A stretch of DNA of 27,298 nucleotides from Ignavibacteria bacterium (GCA_041694835.1 JBGFRZ010000062.1:1-27298), one strand, 5' to 3'. Shown: positions 17,902-27,201, numbered from the stretch's first letter. Program-made: numbers and translations. The notes: generated from the sequence alone by a model not told the origin.

Positions 17902-19089
17902 ATGGAAACTATAAAGTTTAAATACCGCGAAAAAACAAAAGAGTTGTTGGAAAAACTCGCCCGGAAATACAACCTCGAAAATCTGTCGGCGCTTCTAAAA
18001 GACGGGAATGCTTCGCTTTATGGAAAAGACATTTATGTCTGCCTCCATGATATTGTGGAGGCGGCTCTTTCGGGAGGCGACATTAGGGAGTCGTTGAAAA
18101 ACGCTAAAAACATTTATAATTCACCCATCTTTCTCGTCAATCAGACAAAGTCGCTATATCAAATCAAAAATCTCCCCGATTTCGAAAAAGCGCTTGAAGA
18201 AATGTCCAGGTTTTCCAGTTGCTTCAAACTCAGCGATTACAGCGTCGTCAATACTTTTTTAGCAATCATAGAAGCCCAGGTGACTGGTTTTAATCTTAAA
18301 GAACTTTTAGATAAAGGCATAAAACACATTGAAGACTTTATCGACTACTCTCTCAAAACCAATCCGTCATGGAATAAATCTACACTCGTAAGTAAAAATC
18401 CAGTCCTTGTTATACCTGTCGGCGCCGCAGGAACCGGCAAATCCACATTTTACAGGGAATTATCAAATGTAGTCAACATCTCCTGCGACAACATAAGATA
18501 CATGCTTTTTAAAGAGTTCGGCCCATGTTTTAGTTCTTGGGAAAGCACTCTGTCCTGGTGGGTTGTCAATCAGTTGATAGATGTTTATTTCACAAAGGGA
18601 ATCAGCGTATTTTATAACGGCGTCAACACCGATATGGAGTACCGCTCACCGCTCACGATGGAAAATCACGACCCGCTTTTTGCAGGAATTCCATATAATA
18701 TCAAGTTGGTTTATTTTGAACCGCCCGTGAAACTTAATGCTGATGAACTCAAAGAGTTGAAATCCATCAACTTGTGGGCGTCATCCATAGATGCCCTTGA
18801 TTTGACAAAATATTCCGACAATGTCGCGAAAATCCTTGAACTGATTAAAACGAATTATCAAAGGACACTTGCGAGAACAAAAGAAATAACCGAGGGTAAA
18901 AAAACGCAAGACCCATACGATGTTTTATATTCTGTGCCCGCAGCGATAGTCAAACTTTTTGTGGAGCAGTCGTTTGATGTTCCGACGGGGAAAAATGTCA
19001 TTATAGTTCCGAGAAAAGAAATTCCCGATGAAAAGGAACGAGCATCTTTCTATAAGCAATATACGAAAGAGGTGTTGAATGGAAACTAA
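17902..19089 (+). CDS. AAA_33 / polynucleotide-kinase-like P-loop protein with an N-terminal helical region, unknown function
   Basis: LVIPVGAAGTGKSTF...NISCDNIR matches the PNK-type Walker A plus the SxDxxR motif. ATG 17902 follows GGAG; the ORF-track extension to 17776 is repeat-derived. Confidence 0.75.
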   Translation: METIKFKYREKTKELLEKLARKYNLENLSALLKDGNASLYGKDIYVCLHDIVEAALSGGDIRESLKNAKNIYNSPIFLVNQTKSLYQIKNLPDFEKALEEMSRFSSCFKLSDYSVVNTFLAIIEAQVTGFNLKELLDKGIKHIEDFIDYSLKTNPSWNKSTLVSKNPVLVIPVGAAGTGKSTFYRELSNVVNISCDNIRYMLFKEFGPCFSSWESTLSWWVVNQLIDVYFTKGISVFYNGVNTDMEYRSPLTMENHDPLFAGIPYNIKLVYFEPPVKLNADELKELKSINLWASSIDALDLTKYSDNVAKILELIKTNYQRTLARTKEITEGKKTQDPYDVLYSVPAAIVKLFVEQSFDVPTGKNVIIVPRKEIPDEKERASFYKQYTKEVLNGN

Positions 19090-20134
19090 TTTGTTGCTTG
19101 CGATACTTGTGGTCGTGATTGCTTTGATATTTGATTTCTCAAATGGATTTAACGATTCCGCCAATATAGTCGCAACAGTCATAGGAACGAGGGCGTTGAC
19201 ACCTTTTCAGGCGATAGTGATCGCAAGCGTTTTTGAATTTATCGGCGCTTATTTCTTGGGAACAGCCGTTGCAAAGACGATTGGCAGAGGAATTGTGGAT
19301 CCCAACATAATAATGCTTGAGAAGTATGGCATAGTGATAATATTTGCAACACTTATTAGCGCCGCTTCATGGAATATAATCTGCACGGCACTTGGTTTTC
19401 CGGTTTCAGCTTCACATGCACTGCTCGGCGGTTTCGTGGGAGCGAGTCTTACCGCTGGCTACATTAAAACGCGAGATTTTTCAGCGGCGTTACAGATAGT
19501 TCAATGGCCGACTATATTAAAAATAGCCATAACACTTATAGCCGCCCCTCTGATAGGACTTATCGTATCATTTATGTTGACAAAAATATCTTATTTCCTG
19601 ACCCGTCGTGCAAAACCCGGCATAACAAAGGTTTTTAGAGTTCTTCAAGTATTTTCGTCCATTGGATTTGCACTTTCACATGGTGCCAACGATGCTCAAA
19701 AGACGATGGGTATAATCACTTTTTCTCTTATTGTATTAGGGGTATATAGACCTATTGGAGATGCCTTTATTCCCCAGTGGGTAATCGCATCGTGCGCTCT
19801 TTTTATTGCCTTAGGGGTTGCTTCAGGCGGACGCAGCGTTATTAAAACCGTTGGTATGAATATATTCAAAATCAAACATCTAAATGGCTTTTGTGCAGAG
19901 TATTCCGGTTCAATAGTTATTTATGTAGCCAGCGCATTAGGACTCCCTGTGTCGTCAACTCATATAATAACCGGAGCAGTGATGGGGACTGGAGCCGCCG
20001 AGAGGATAAAAGCGGTGCGGTGGGGTGTCGGCTACGATATTTTCTTCATTTGGGTCTCAACGATTCCCGCTTCAATTTTGTTGTCAAGTTTTATTTATTT
20101 CGCCATAGTCGCCGTGTTAAAATTATTAAATTGA
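19079..20134 (+). CDS. pit: Inorganic phosphate transporter, PiT family
   Basis: Motifs NGFNDSANIVAT, GFPVSASHAL, HGANDAQKTMG and GLPVSSTH; multiple hydrophobic segments. Confidence 0.93.
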   Translation: METNLLLAILVVVIALIFDFSNGFNDSANIVATVIGTRALTPFQAIVIASVFEFIGAYFLGTAVAKTIGRGIVDPNIIMLEKYGIVIIFATLISAASWNIICTALGFPVSASHALLGGFVGASLTAGYIKTRDFSAALQIVQWPTILKIAITLIAAPLIGLIVSFMLTKISYFLTRRAKPGITKVFRVLQVFSSIGFALSHGANDAQKTMGIITFSLIVLGVYRPIGDAFIPQWVIASCALFIALGVASGGRSVIKTVGMNIFKIKHLNGFCAEYSGSIVIYVASALGLPVSSTHIITGAVMGTGAAERIKAVRWGVGYDIFFIWVSTIPASILLSSFIYFAIVAVLKLLN

Positions 20135-20156
20135 GAGCACAGCGAATAGGAGGTTT

Positions 20157-20786
20157 ATGAGCATGGGTAAAATTAGATTGTTCGAAAGATTTTTTCCACC
20201 TAAAAGTGATTTCTTTAAGTTGCTTGCCGAACAAGTGGACAAAGTTCAGACAGGTTTAGGTGCATTTGCAGAGTTTATGGATAACCCGACTCATGAAAAT
20301 AGAAAAAGAGTTGAGAACTATGAAGAAGAAGCAGACGAACTCAGACGGATTTTGATAGATGAGTTAAATCGCTCATTTGTGACCCCCATTGACAGGGAAG
20401 ATATTTATGCTCTTTCGCGCGATGTCGACGATGTTTTGGATTACGCAAAGTCAACCGTTGAGGAGATGGAACTTTTCAAGATATCGCCCAACACTCATAT
20501 TAAAAAAATGGTGGAAGCGCTGCACAATGCTTCAAAAGACATAAACTGCGCCATAAAACACATAAGGGAGCATCCGGGCGTTTGCGCCGAGCATCTTGTC
20601 CGAGCGAAAAAAGCAGAGAACTTTATTGAACACCGCTATAGAGAGGCGCTGGTTGAATTGTTTGAAGAAAAAGACATTATTAAAATTCTAAAGACCCGCG
20701 AGATTTATCGTCATCTTTCAAACGCCGGCGACCGCGTCGCTGAAGCGGCGGATGTTATTGGCGACATTCTTGTGAAAATTACATAA
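20157..20786 (+). CDS. DUF47 PhoU-like Pit accessory protein
   Basis: EEEADELRR...LNRSFVTPIDREDIY.L...DDVLD; adjacent to pit. Confidence 0.9.
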   Translation: MSMGKIRLFERFFPPKSDFFKLLAEQVDKVQTGLGAFAEFMDNPTHENRKRVENYEEEADELRRILIDELNRSFVTPIDREDIYALSRDVDDVLDYAKSTVEEMELFKISPNTHIKKMVEALHNASKDINCAIKHIREHPGVCAEHLVRAKKAENFIEHRYREALVELFEEKDIIKILKTREIYRHLSNAGDRVAEAADVIGDILVKIT

Positions 20787-20930
20787 TAAGAGTGTTGAAA
20801 AATCACGCCGTGGAGTAGGAATAGGACGCAGATTTTCGCAGATTTGGTAGATATTAAAAACATCTGCGCCAATTTTGTCAACATCGGCATTGAGCTGCGT
20901 CCAAAAATAAAAAGTTTTTCAACGGTCTCA
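20787..20930. mobile_element. MITE-like element with the same type of ends as 17475-17652
   Basis: TAAGAGTGTTGAAAAA ... TTTTTCAACGGTCTCA (13/16 IR), TAA on both sides. Inner stem GGACGCAG (20824-20831) / CTGCGTCC (20895-20902). Confidence 0.6.
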
Positions 20931-20948
20931 TAATACAGCGGAGCGCAG

Positions 20949-21103
20949 CAGAAATCAGAGGACAGAGGTTAGAGATGAGAGCACAAGGCACAAGGGCACA
21001 AGTGCACAAGGGCACAAGAGCACAAGGCGTAAGAGCACAAGGGCACAAGAGCACAAGAGCACAAGTCAAACTTATGCACTTACGCACTTACACCTTGTGC
21101 ACT
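20949..21103 (+). repeat. Heptamer lead-in plus GCACAAG(N) octamer array with a shorter complementary arm
   Basis: AGAGGAC AGAGGTT AGAGATG, then ten exact GCACAAG units plus one GCGTAAG (20981-21065), then CTTATGCA CTTACGCA CTTACAC CTTGTGCA (21071-21101). Confidence 0.92.
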
Positions 21104-21122
21104 AATAACAGGAGGCAATGCT

Positions 21123-22775
21123 ATGAACATCTGGCTTGTGTTGAATTTGTCAGGAGGACTTGCGGTGTTTCTCTACGGAATGGTTGTAATGAACGAGAAC
21201 ATCATTCAGAGCGCCGGGAATAAATTAAAAACGCTCCTGATGAAATTGACCGGCGGGAGATTTAAGGGTTTCCTCACGGGACTCGGCATAACATCCGTGG
21301 TTCAGTCGTCTTCCGCTGTCACCGTAATGGAAGTCGGTCTCGTCGGGGCTGGTCTTATGACTTTTTACCAGTCGTTGGCGGTCACGATGGGCGCCGAGGT
21401 GGGGACGACGGTTACCGCGCAGTTAATAGCTTTCAGAATCACCCAATACGCGCTTCTAATAACCGCCGTGGGATTTTTCCCGCATCTGATAGCAAAATCC
21501 AAAAAAATTAAAAACATTTTTGGCACCATTCTCGGTTTTGGTTTTCTCTTTCTGGGCATGGCAATTATGTCAGACGCACTAAAGCCTTTAAGAAGTTATC
21601 AGCCGTTTCTTGATTTAATGACGCGGGTTGAATCGCCCGTCATAGGAATTCTTGTCGGACTTATCTTTACATTAATTATACAATCTTCATCTGCAACCAG
21701 CGGAATAGTAGTTGCAATGGCAATTTCAGGGACAATCACTCTTCCGCAGGCAATTCCGTTAAATTTGGGAGCAAGTATCGGGACTTCCATCACGGCGTTT
21801 CTAGGTAGTTTAGCGCTTAACCGCGAAGCAAAACGAGCGGCCTACGCTCATACCGTTTCGCAGACAATCGGAGTATTCATAGTATTTCTGATAATGATGA
21901 TACCTCACGGGACGAGCAATTTGTGGCAGGAGTTTTGTATATGGTTTACACGGGCAATTATCGGAACCGACGACCTTGCAAGACAAATAGCGATGGCGCA
22001 TACGCTTATGCCCGTCTTAAGAACATTGATTGTGCTTCCGGTATTGCCGCTTTTTGCCAAAGTTATGCTCTTAATGTTTCCGTCCAAAGCGGACGAGGTC
22101 CCGTTCGGTCCGAAACACATCACAGAAGAATTATTAGACACGCCTTTCGCTCTTGAAAAAGCCCGGCTTGAAATTATCCATCAAATGGAAATCACAAAAT
22201 GTATGCTTGATGCTCTACCGGCATGTTTTCATAAAGAAACACGTTCGGATGTAGGATGTGAACAAGTATCGTTGACCGATATCAAGGTTGATGTATTAAG
22301 AAAGGTCATAGTTGAATATCTCTCAAAAGTTGGGCAGAGAAGAAATCTTGCCGAGGGTGAATCAAAAGAAGAAATTTCGCTTCTTTATATATCAAACGAT
22401 ATAGAGGCGATTGGCGATATAGTCGACAAGAATATTCTGCCACTTGCTCAAAAGATGCTTTCGCTTAAACTCGCATTTTCTCTTGACGGCTGGCATGAAA
22501 TAATGGCGTTACATCAGAGGATGATGAATAATTATGACAATATGTTGCGGGCGTTTGGCAAAAATGATTTGTCCCTTGCAAAAGTTGTGGCTGAAGAAAA
22601 AGTTATGTTCGCAAAGTTTGAAAATGAACTCAGATTAAAACACATAGAGCGGTTGCATTCCGGCATCAAGGAGACATCCGAGACATCCGCCATACACATT
22701 GATTTGATAGAGCAGTATAAGAGAATTAATTCATACATCGCTTCTATCGGCTATGCGATGCTCTATGAAGTTTAA
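21123..22775 (+). CDS. Na+/Pi cotransporter family protein with C-terminal PhoU-like domains
   Basis: Duplicated QSSSA and GAxxGT motifs. C-terminal helical region with DIEAIGD and RLKHIERL...ETSAIHID. Confidence 0.92.
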   Translation: MNIWLVLNLSGGLAVFLYGMVVMNENIIQSAGNKLKTLLMKLTGGRFKGFLTGLGITSVVQSSSAVTVMEVGLVGAGLMTFYQSLAVTMGAEVGTTVTAQLIAFRITQYALLITAVGFFPHLIAKSKKIKNIFGTILGFGFLFLGMAIMSDALKPLRSYQPFLDLMTRVESPVIGILVGLIFTLIIQSSSATSGIVVAMAISGTITLPQAIPLNLGASIGTSITAFLGSLALNREAKRAAYAHTVSQTIGVFIVFLIMMIPHGTSNLWQEFCIWFTRAIIGTDDLARQIAMAHTLMPVLRTLIVLPVLPLFAKVMLLMFPSKADEVPFGPKHITEELLDTPFALEKARLEIIHQMEITKCMLDALPACFHKETRSDVGCEQVSLTDIKVDVLRKVIVEYLSKVGQRRNLAEGESKEEISLLYISNDIEAIGDIVDKNILPLAQKMLSLKLAFSLDGWHEIMALHQRMMNNYDNMLRAFGKNDLSLAKVVAEEKVMFAKFENELRLKHIERLHSGIKETSETSAIHIDLIEQYKRINSYIASIGYAMLYEV

Positions 22776-22780
22776 TATAT

Positions 22781-22922
22781 GGCGAATAGCGAATAGTAGC
22801 GGCGGGATTGCTACCCCGCAAATAACAGCAAATAGCAAATAGCGGCGGGATTGCTATCCCGCAAATAACTGCTGTTCTGCTCTTGTGCCAAGTCGCTGCG
22901 TCGCTATGTTGCTGCGTCGCTA
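22781..22922 (+). repeat. ATAGC(A/G)A heptamer tract with two GCGGGAT-TGCT-A(T/C)CCCGC hairpins, followed by GTCGCT octamers
   Basis: Hairpins at 22802-22819 and 22845-22862; near-identical unit at 27129-27200. GTCGCTGC GTCGCTAT GTTGCTGC GTCGCTA at 22892-22922. Confidence 0.88.
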
Positions 22923-22937
22923 TTTGGAGAGTTTATT

Positions 22938-24317
22938 ATGACCGAACAACCTTCGTTATTTCCGGAAAAAGAGTTCACTGATTTCAAGATTAAAAAAGTG
23001 ATTAAAAGAGACGGGCGGATTGTAAATTTCAACAGGGATAAAATAGTAGATTCAATCTTTCGCGCCGCTGTGGAAGTTGGCGGTTCAGACAGAGTTCTTG
23101 CCGAAGAGCTGACCAATAAGGTTATATCTGTTATGAACCAGGTTTATCCAATGGATACTACCCCGTCCGTGGAGGAGATACAGGACCTCATAGAAAAGAT
23201 TCTCGTCGAAAACGGACATTATAAAACGGCAAAGGCTTACATACTCTACAGAGACGAGCATAAAAGAATCCGCGAACATAAAGACGCGAAAATCGTCGTT
23301 GAAGACAACGTCCCTTACAAGCTTCTATGGCGCGTTTATTCATGGAATGTCGATAACTCCTGCGATACAGTTGCGAATATGGACAAGTTGATAAAAGACG
23401 GCAAATTCCCCGCGCTTGTTGAAGCAGCCGAGAGAAGATACCATGAAAATATAGACGAAGTGGCCGGCGCAATTCTTGATAGGGCGGACAAGGTGCGACT
23501 TGTTATCGTTGCGGGACCTTCGAGTTCCGGTAAAACTACGACAACTCTGAAAATCGGCGGGAAACTCAAAGAAAAAAATCTGAGCTTCGTTTCCATCGGA
23601 CTCGACAATTACTTTAAGGACCTGGAAGAGCATCCAAAGGATGAGTACGGCGATTATGACTTCGAAACGCCCGATGCCCTCGACCTGAAGTTGATAAACG
23701 AACATCTTTTCGATATTCTGAAGGGCAAGATTATAAAGATGCCGTATTACGACTTCAAAACCGGCAAAAGGAGGTTGAACGCGAAGGAATTCAAACTTGA
23801 ACAAAACCAGATCCTTTTGATAGATAGCCTTCACGGTCTTTATCCGGCCATGACGGCTTCCATACCTCACGAGATGAAATTTAAATTCTATATAGAGGCG
23901 CTTTGCCAGATAAGGGACTCAAAAGGCGAGTTTATGCGTTGGTGCGATTTAAGAATGTTAAGAAGAATGATTCGGGATTCATGGCACCGCTCGTACGACC
24001 CCGAAAAGACTGTGGGTCATTGGCATTATGTCAGACGAAGCGAGAAGAAAAACATAGTGCCTTTTATCAACAAGGCCGATTATATATTCAACGGCGCTCT
24101 GCCTTACGAGCTCCCCATACACAAAAAATATCTTTTTAAGTTTTTTCCGAGCACAATTAAGAAATACGGAAACGACCCCCAAAAACTGGACGCATACATA
24201 AGAGCAAAAAGAGTTTACGATATCCTGGGCGAATTCACGAATGATCCCGACGACTCTTGCATTCCGGGCGATTCGCTTATGAGAGAATTCATAGGCGACA
24301 GCATCTATCACTATTGA
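22938..24317 (+). CDS. ATP-cone domain fused to a uridine-kinase-like nucleoside kinase
   Basis: ATP cone VIKRDGRIVNFNRDKI...VEEIQDLIE...AKAYILYR. Kinase motifs IVAGPSSSGKTT, LDNYF, YDFETPDALD, YDFKTGKR, RMLRRMIRD and FNGALPYE. Confidence 0.88.
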   Translation: MTEQPSLFPEKEFTDFKIKKVIKRDGRIVNFNRDKIVDSIFRAAVEVGGSDRVLAEELTNKVISVMNQVYPMDTTPSVEEIQDLIEKILVENGHYKTAKAYILYRDEHKRIREHKDAKIVVEDNVPYKLLWRVYSWNVDNSCDTVANMDKLIKDGKFPALVEAAERRYHENIDEVAGAILDRADKVRLVIVAGPSSSGKTTTTLKIGGKLKEKNLSFVSIGLDNYFKDLEEHPKDEYGDYDFETPDALDLKLINEHLFDILKGKIIKMPYYDFKTGKRRLNAKEFKLEQNQILLIDSLHGLYPAMTASIPHEMKFKFYIEALCQIRDSKGEFMRWCDLRMLRRMIRDSWHRSYDPEKTVGHWHYVRRSEKKNIVPFINKADYIFNGALPYELPIHKKYLFKFFPSTIKKYGNDPQKLDAYIRAKRVYDILGEFTNDPDDSCIPGDSLMREFIGDSIYHY

Positions 24318-24337
24318 AAAACCGTAAAATTCATGAT

Positions 24338-25351
24338 ATGACCGTAAGGGAACTGGTGGAGAATCAGGAAAAAAATTTTTCGAAACATGCTCGACTTTCC
24401 TCAAAATCAAGAGGAAGGCTTCATATTGAGCAGGAGTGTCCCGTAAGAACCGTGTATCAGAGGGATAGAGACAGGATTCTCCACGCTCAGTCGTTCCGCC
24501 TTCTGAAGCATAAGACAAATGTTTTCCTTTCGACTACCGGCGAGAAATTCAGAACCCGCCTGACCCACACGCTTGAGGTCTCTTCAATCGCAAGAACAAT
24601 AGCTCAGGCTCTGAGACTTAACTCTGACCTCGCCGAAGCGATATCTCTCGGCCACGATCTCGGACACACCCCGTTCGGCCATGCTGGCGAATCGATATTG
24701 CAGAAGATAGATTCATCCTTCCATCACGCCACTCAGTCATTGAGGGTCGTCGATTATATAGAAAAGGAAGGAAAAGGACTTAACCTTACGCACGAGGTAA
24801 GAGACGGGATACTCAAACACACAAAGGGAAAGAAAAAAATCAGTGAGTTCGACGGAAACGGTCTCTATGGTAAACCCAACACACTTGAAGGGCAGGTAGT
24901 TCAGTATTCCGACTGGATAGCTTACATAAATCACGATCTTGACGACGCATTCAGGATGGGTCTAATAACTGAGATGGATATCCCCCGTGAAGTCCCTGTC
25001 GCCTTAGGCTCCCGCCATTCCGAGAGGATAAACACCATGGTTCAGGACATAGTGTCAAACTCGGAAGATAAAGAAAATCTTTCCATGAGTAAAGGTGTTT
25101 TGCATGCCACCGAGGTTTTAAGGGATTTTCTTTATTCCAAAGTTTACACAAAACCTCAGGTTTTTGGCGAAGAGATAATGGCCGAGAGCATATTGATGTT
25201 TTTATACGAGTATTTTGAAAGAGACCCTAAAATTATTTATAATGAATATACCTGGTTCCCTCGCACGGAAGTGACGGTAAGGAATGTGCTTGATTATCTT
25301 TCGGGACTTACCGATGCCGCAGCCATTGAGCTCTATAAGAACTTAAATTAG
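24338..25351 (+). CDS. dgt: Deoxyguanosinetriphosphate triphosphohydrolase (HD family)
   Basis: Motifs RTVYQRDRDRILH, RTRLTHTLEV, LGHDLGHTPFGHAGE, DWIAYINHDLDD and DYLSGLTD. Start set at ATG 24338, after the upstream stop. Confidence 0.92.
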   Translation: MTVRELVENQEKNFSKHARLSSKSRGRLHIEQECPVRTVYQRDRDRILHAQSFRLLKHKTNVFLSTTGEKFRTRLTHTLEVSSIARTIAQALRLNSDLAEAISLGHDLGHTPFGHAGESILQKIDSSFHHATQSLRVVDYIEKEGKGLNLTHEVRDGILKHTKGKKKISEFDGNGLYGKPNTLEGQVVQYSDWIAYINHDLDDAFRMGLITEMDIPREVPVALGSRHSERINTMVQDIVSNSEDKENLSMSKGVLHATEVLRDFLYSKVYTKPQVFGEEIMAESILMFLYEYFERDPKIIYNEYTWFPRTEVTVRNVLDYLSGLTDAAAIELYKNLN

Positions 25352-25379
25352 AAATCCGCAAGGATTTCATAGGAGAATT

Positions 25380-25601
25380 ATGAGAGGATACATAGACAGA
25401 ATCGAAGACAAGAAATTCGCCGTCATAAATATCATCGGCGGCGGCGAGATGATAATTCCCGTTAAGCAGTTTAAATTCAAAATTTACGAGGGAATGCATC
25501 TTGAAATAAATTTCAAACCGAATCCCGAAAGTGAAAAAAAGCTCCTTGAGAGAGTAAAAAAACTCCAGCGGGAACTTTTAAGAAGGTCGAAGGATAAATG
25601 A
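25380..25601 (+). CDS. Small DUF3006-like protein
   Basis: IDRIEDKKFAV...EG..L followed by a C-terminal helix (RVKKLQRELL). RBS AGGAG. Confidence 0.65.
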   Translation: MRGYIDRIEDKKFAVINIIGGGEMIIPVKQFKFKIYEGMHLEINFKPNPESEKKLLERVKKLQRELLRRSKDK

Positions 25602-25740
25602 TGAAGCAAATAGCAAATAGCGAATAGTAGCGGCACCGCTCCCCGACGGAGACAGGATTTGTGGTGCAAAGGAAAATTGCCAAAGGAAAAAGGAAAATTG
25701 TAGTAAGAAGCGACAAAGCAACAAGGTGACAGAGCGAAAG
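25602..25740 (+). repeat. ATAGC(A/G)A heptamer tract with a variant hairpin and an AGCGACAA-type octamer tract
   Basis: TGAAGCAAATAGCAAATAGCGAATAGTAGCG, then a GCACC...GGTGC stem, then AGCGACAA AGCAACAA GGTGACAG AGCGAAAG. Confidence 0.75.
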
Positions 25741-25747
25741 AAAACTT

Positions 25748-27133
25748 ATGAATAGAAAAATGAGCAAATATTTGATTTTACTATTTTCTATTTACCTTCT
25801 ACCTTCTGCCTTCTACCTTCTACCTGTTGTTCATGCTTCTTTGCCCAAGGGTTTTGAAGTTTATTTTAATAATCCGACGGGCACACAAGATGCCAATGCC
25901 CCCGGATTTGATTTTAGGTTTAAAAATTTTATAGATGCGGCAAGTAGCACGACAATTTATGCGGCATTTTATAGTATCAATAATAGCACAGTTATAGCGG
26001 CATTGAATGCGGCATTGAGACGGGGGAACACCGTGTATTTTATTTGCGACGCGGACCATACAACATTAGATAACTTTAATCTTTTGGTTTCCACCAGAAA
26101 AATAAGGACGACAGCGGGCTTTGAAGTACACAATAAATTTGCCGTCATCAAAGATTCTTCCGTTTGGACCGGTTCGTGGAATCCCACAATAACCGATACT
26201 TATCAAAACCACAATAATGTGATTGTTGTCCGCTCGTCGGCTATGGCTAAAATATTTGAGAACGAATTTTTAGAGATGTACAGTGGGCGGTTTGGTCCCG
26301 CTAAGACGCTGACCGCTAATAACGGCCACACGGTGCGAGTCAATGATGTAAATGTAAAAATATATTTTTCACCATATAGGTCACCGCACGAAACGAATTG
26401 GGTTATATCAGATAAAATTTTAAATGCTAAAGAAAAAGTAGCATTTTGTCTGTTTAGTTTTACCACAGCAGATAATAGAATGTACACTTCGTTAATCGAA
26501 AGTATAGGTAGGAGGATAGAAGTTTACGGAGTTTTTGATATTACTCAAGCTGCTTACAATAGTAGCACCTATGCCAGATTGAGAGATGCCGGCGCATATG
26601 TTGTTTTTTACGCAAACCCTGTAAATATAAATTTTAATCTTCATCACAAATTTGCGGTTATAGATCCTTTCACGGCAGATGCAAGGGTTATCACTGGGTC
26701 GCATAATTGGTCGGAGGGGGCGAATAATCAAAATGATGAAAATACTTTGGTAATCCATTCACCTGAAATCGCCAGAGTTTATTATGAGGAGTTCCAACGT
26801 CTCTATAGAAAAGCAGGTCTGATAATCTCCCCGACAAAAAAATCCATAGACAAAATTGTTATATACCCGTCGCCCGCGGTTTTAAAGACAAAAATAGGAT
26901 ATGAAATTTCTTCAAGTGTTAAAGAAACAAGAATCAAAATATACAATCTCTCCGGTGAACTTGTTCGGACACTTAATCCAACGAACGTTCCGGGATTTTA
27001 CAATGAGACCGAGTGGGATTTAAGAAATTCGCAAGGACAGAGAGTCGCGCCGGGACTGTATTTTGTAAAAGTTGAAGCGACGATACCCGACGGAACATTT
27101 TTTGAGACGAAAAAAATGACAGTTGTAAAATAG
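25748..27133 (+). CDS. Secreted phospholipase D-superfamily protein (two HKD domains) with a C-terminal FlgD-Ig / T9SS-type-A-like domain
   Basis: N-terminal signal peptide ending VHA-S. HNKFAVIKD..WTGSWN and HHKFAVID...TGSHN. C-terminal IYPSP...IKIYNLSGELVRTL...WDLRN..G..V..GLYF. Confidence 0.85.
   Translation: MNRKMSKYLILLFSIYLLPSAFYLLPVVHASLPKGFEVYFNNPTGTQDANAPGFDFRFKNFIDAASSTTIYAAFYSINNSTVIAALNAALRRGNTVYFICDADHTTLDNFNLLVSTRKIRTTAGFEVHNKFAVIKDSSVWTGSWNPTITDTYQNHNNVIVVRSSAMAKIFENEFLEMYSGRFGPAKTLTANNGHTVRVNDVNVKIYFSPYRSPHETNWVISDKILNAKEKVAFCLFSFTTADNRMYTSLIESIGRRIEVYGVFDITQAAYNSSTYARLRDAGAYVVFYANPVNINFNLHHKFAVIDPFTADARVITGSHNWSEGANNQNDENTLVIHSPEIARVYYEEFQRLYRKAGLIISPTKKSIDKIVIYPSPAVLKTKIGYEISSSVKETRIKIYNLSGELVRTLNPTNVPGFYNETEWDLRNSQGQRVAPGLYFVKVEATIPDGTFFETKKMTVVK
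25794..25825 (+). repeat. Heptamer repeat (A/G)CCTTCT x4 + ACCT inside the signal-peptide coding region
   Basis: Read directly. Encodes YLLPSAFYLLP. Confidence 0.9.
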
Positions 27134-27201
27134 CAAATAGCGAATAGTAGCGGCGGGATTGCTATCCCGCAAATAACAGCAAATAGCGAATAGCAAATAG
27201 T
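27129..27201 (+). repeat. ATAGC(A/G)A heptamer tract with an embedded GCGGGAT-TGCT-ATCCCGC hairpin
   Basis: Fills the whole gap between the PLD stop and ATG 27202. Hairpin at 27153-27170. Confidence 0.9.

Noticed and set aside
20981-21065. Repeat arrays as a CRISPR array
   Set aside because: Units are 7-8 nt in tandem with no unique 25-45 nt spacers, and no cas genes are present.
27153-27170. GC hairpins (also 16438-16453, 22845-22862) as intrinsic terminators
   Set aside because: No U-tract follows on the coding strand, and they recur as parts of repeat elements.
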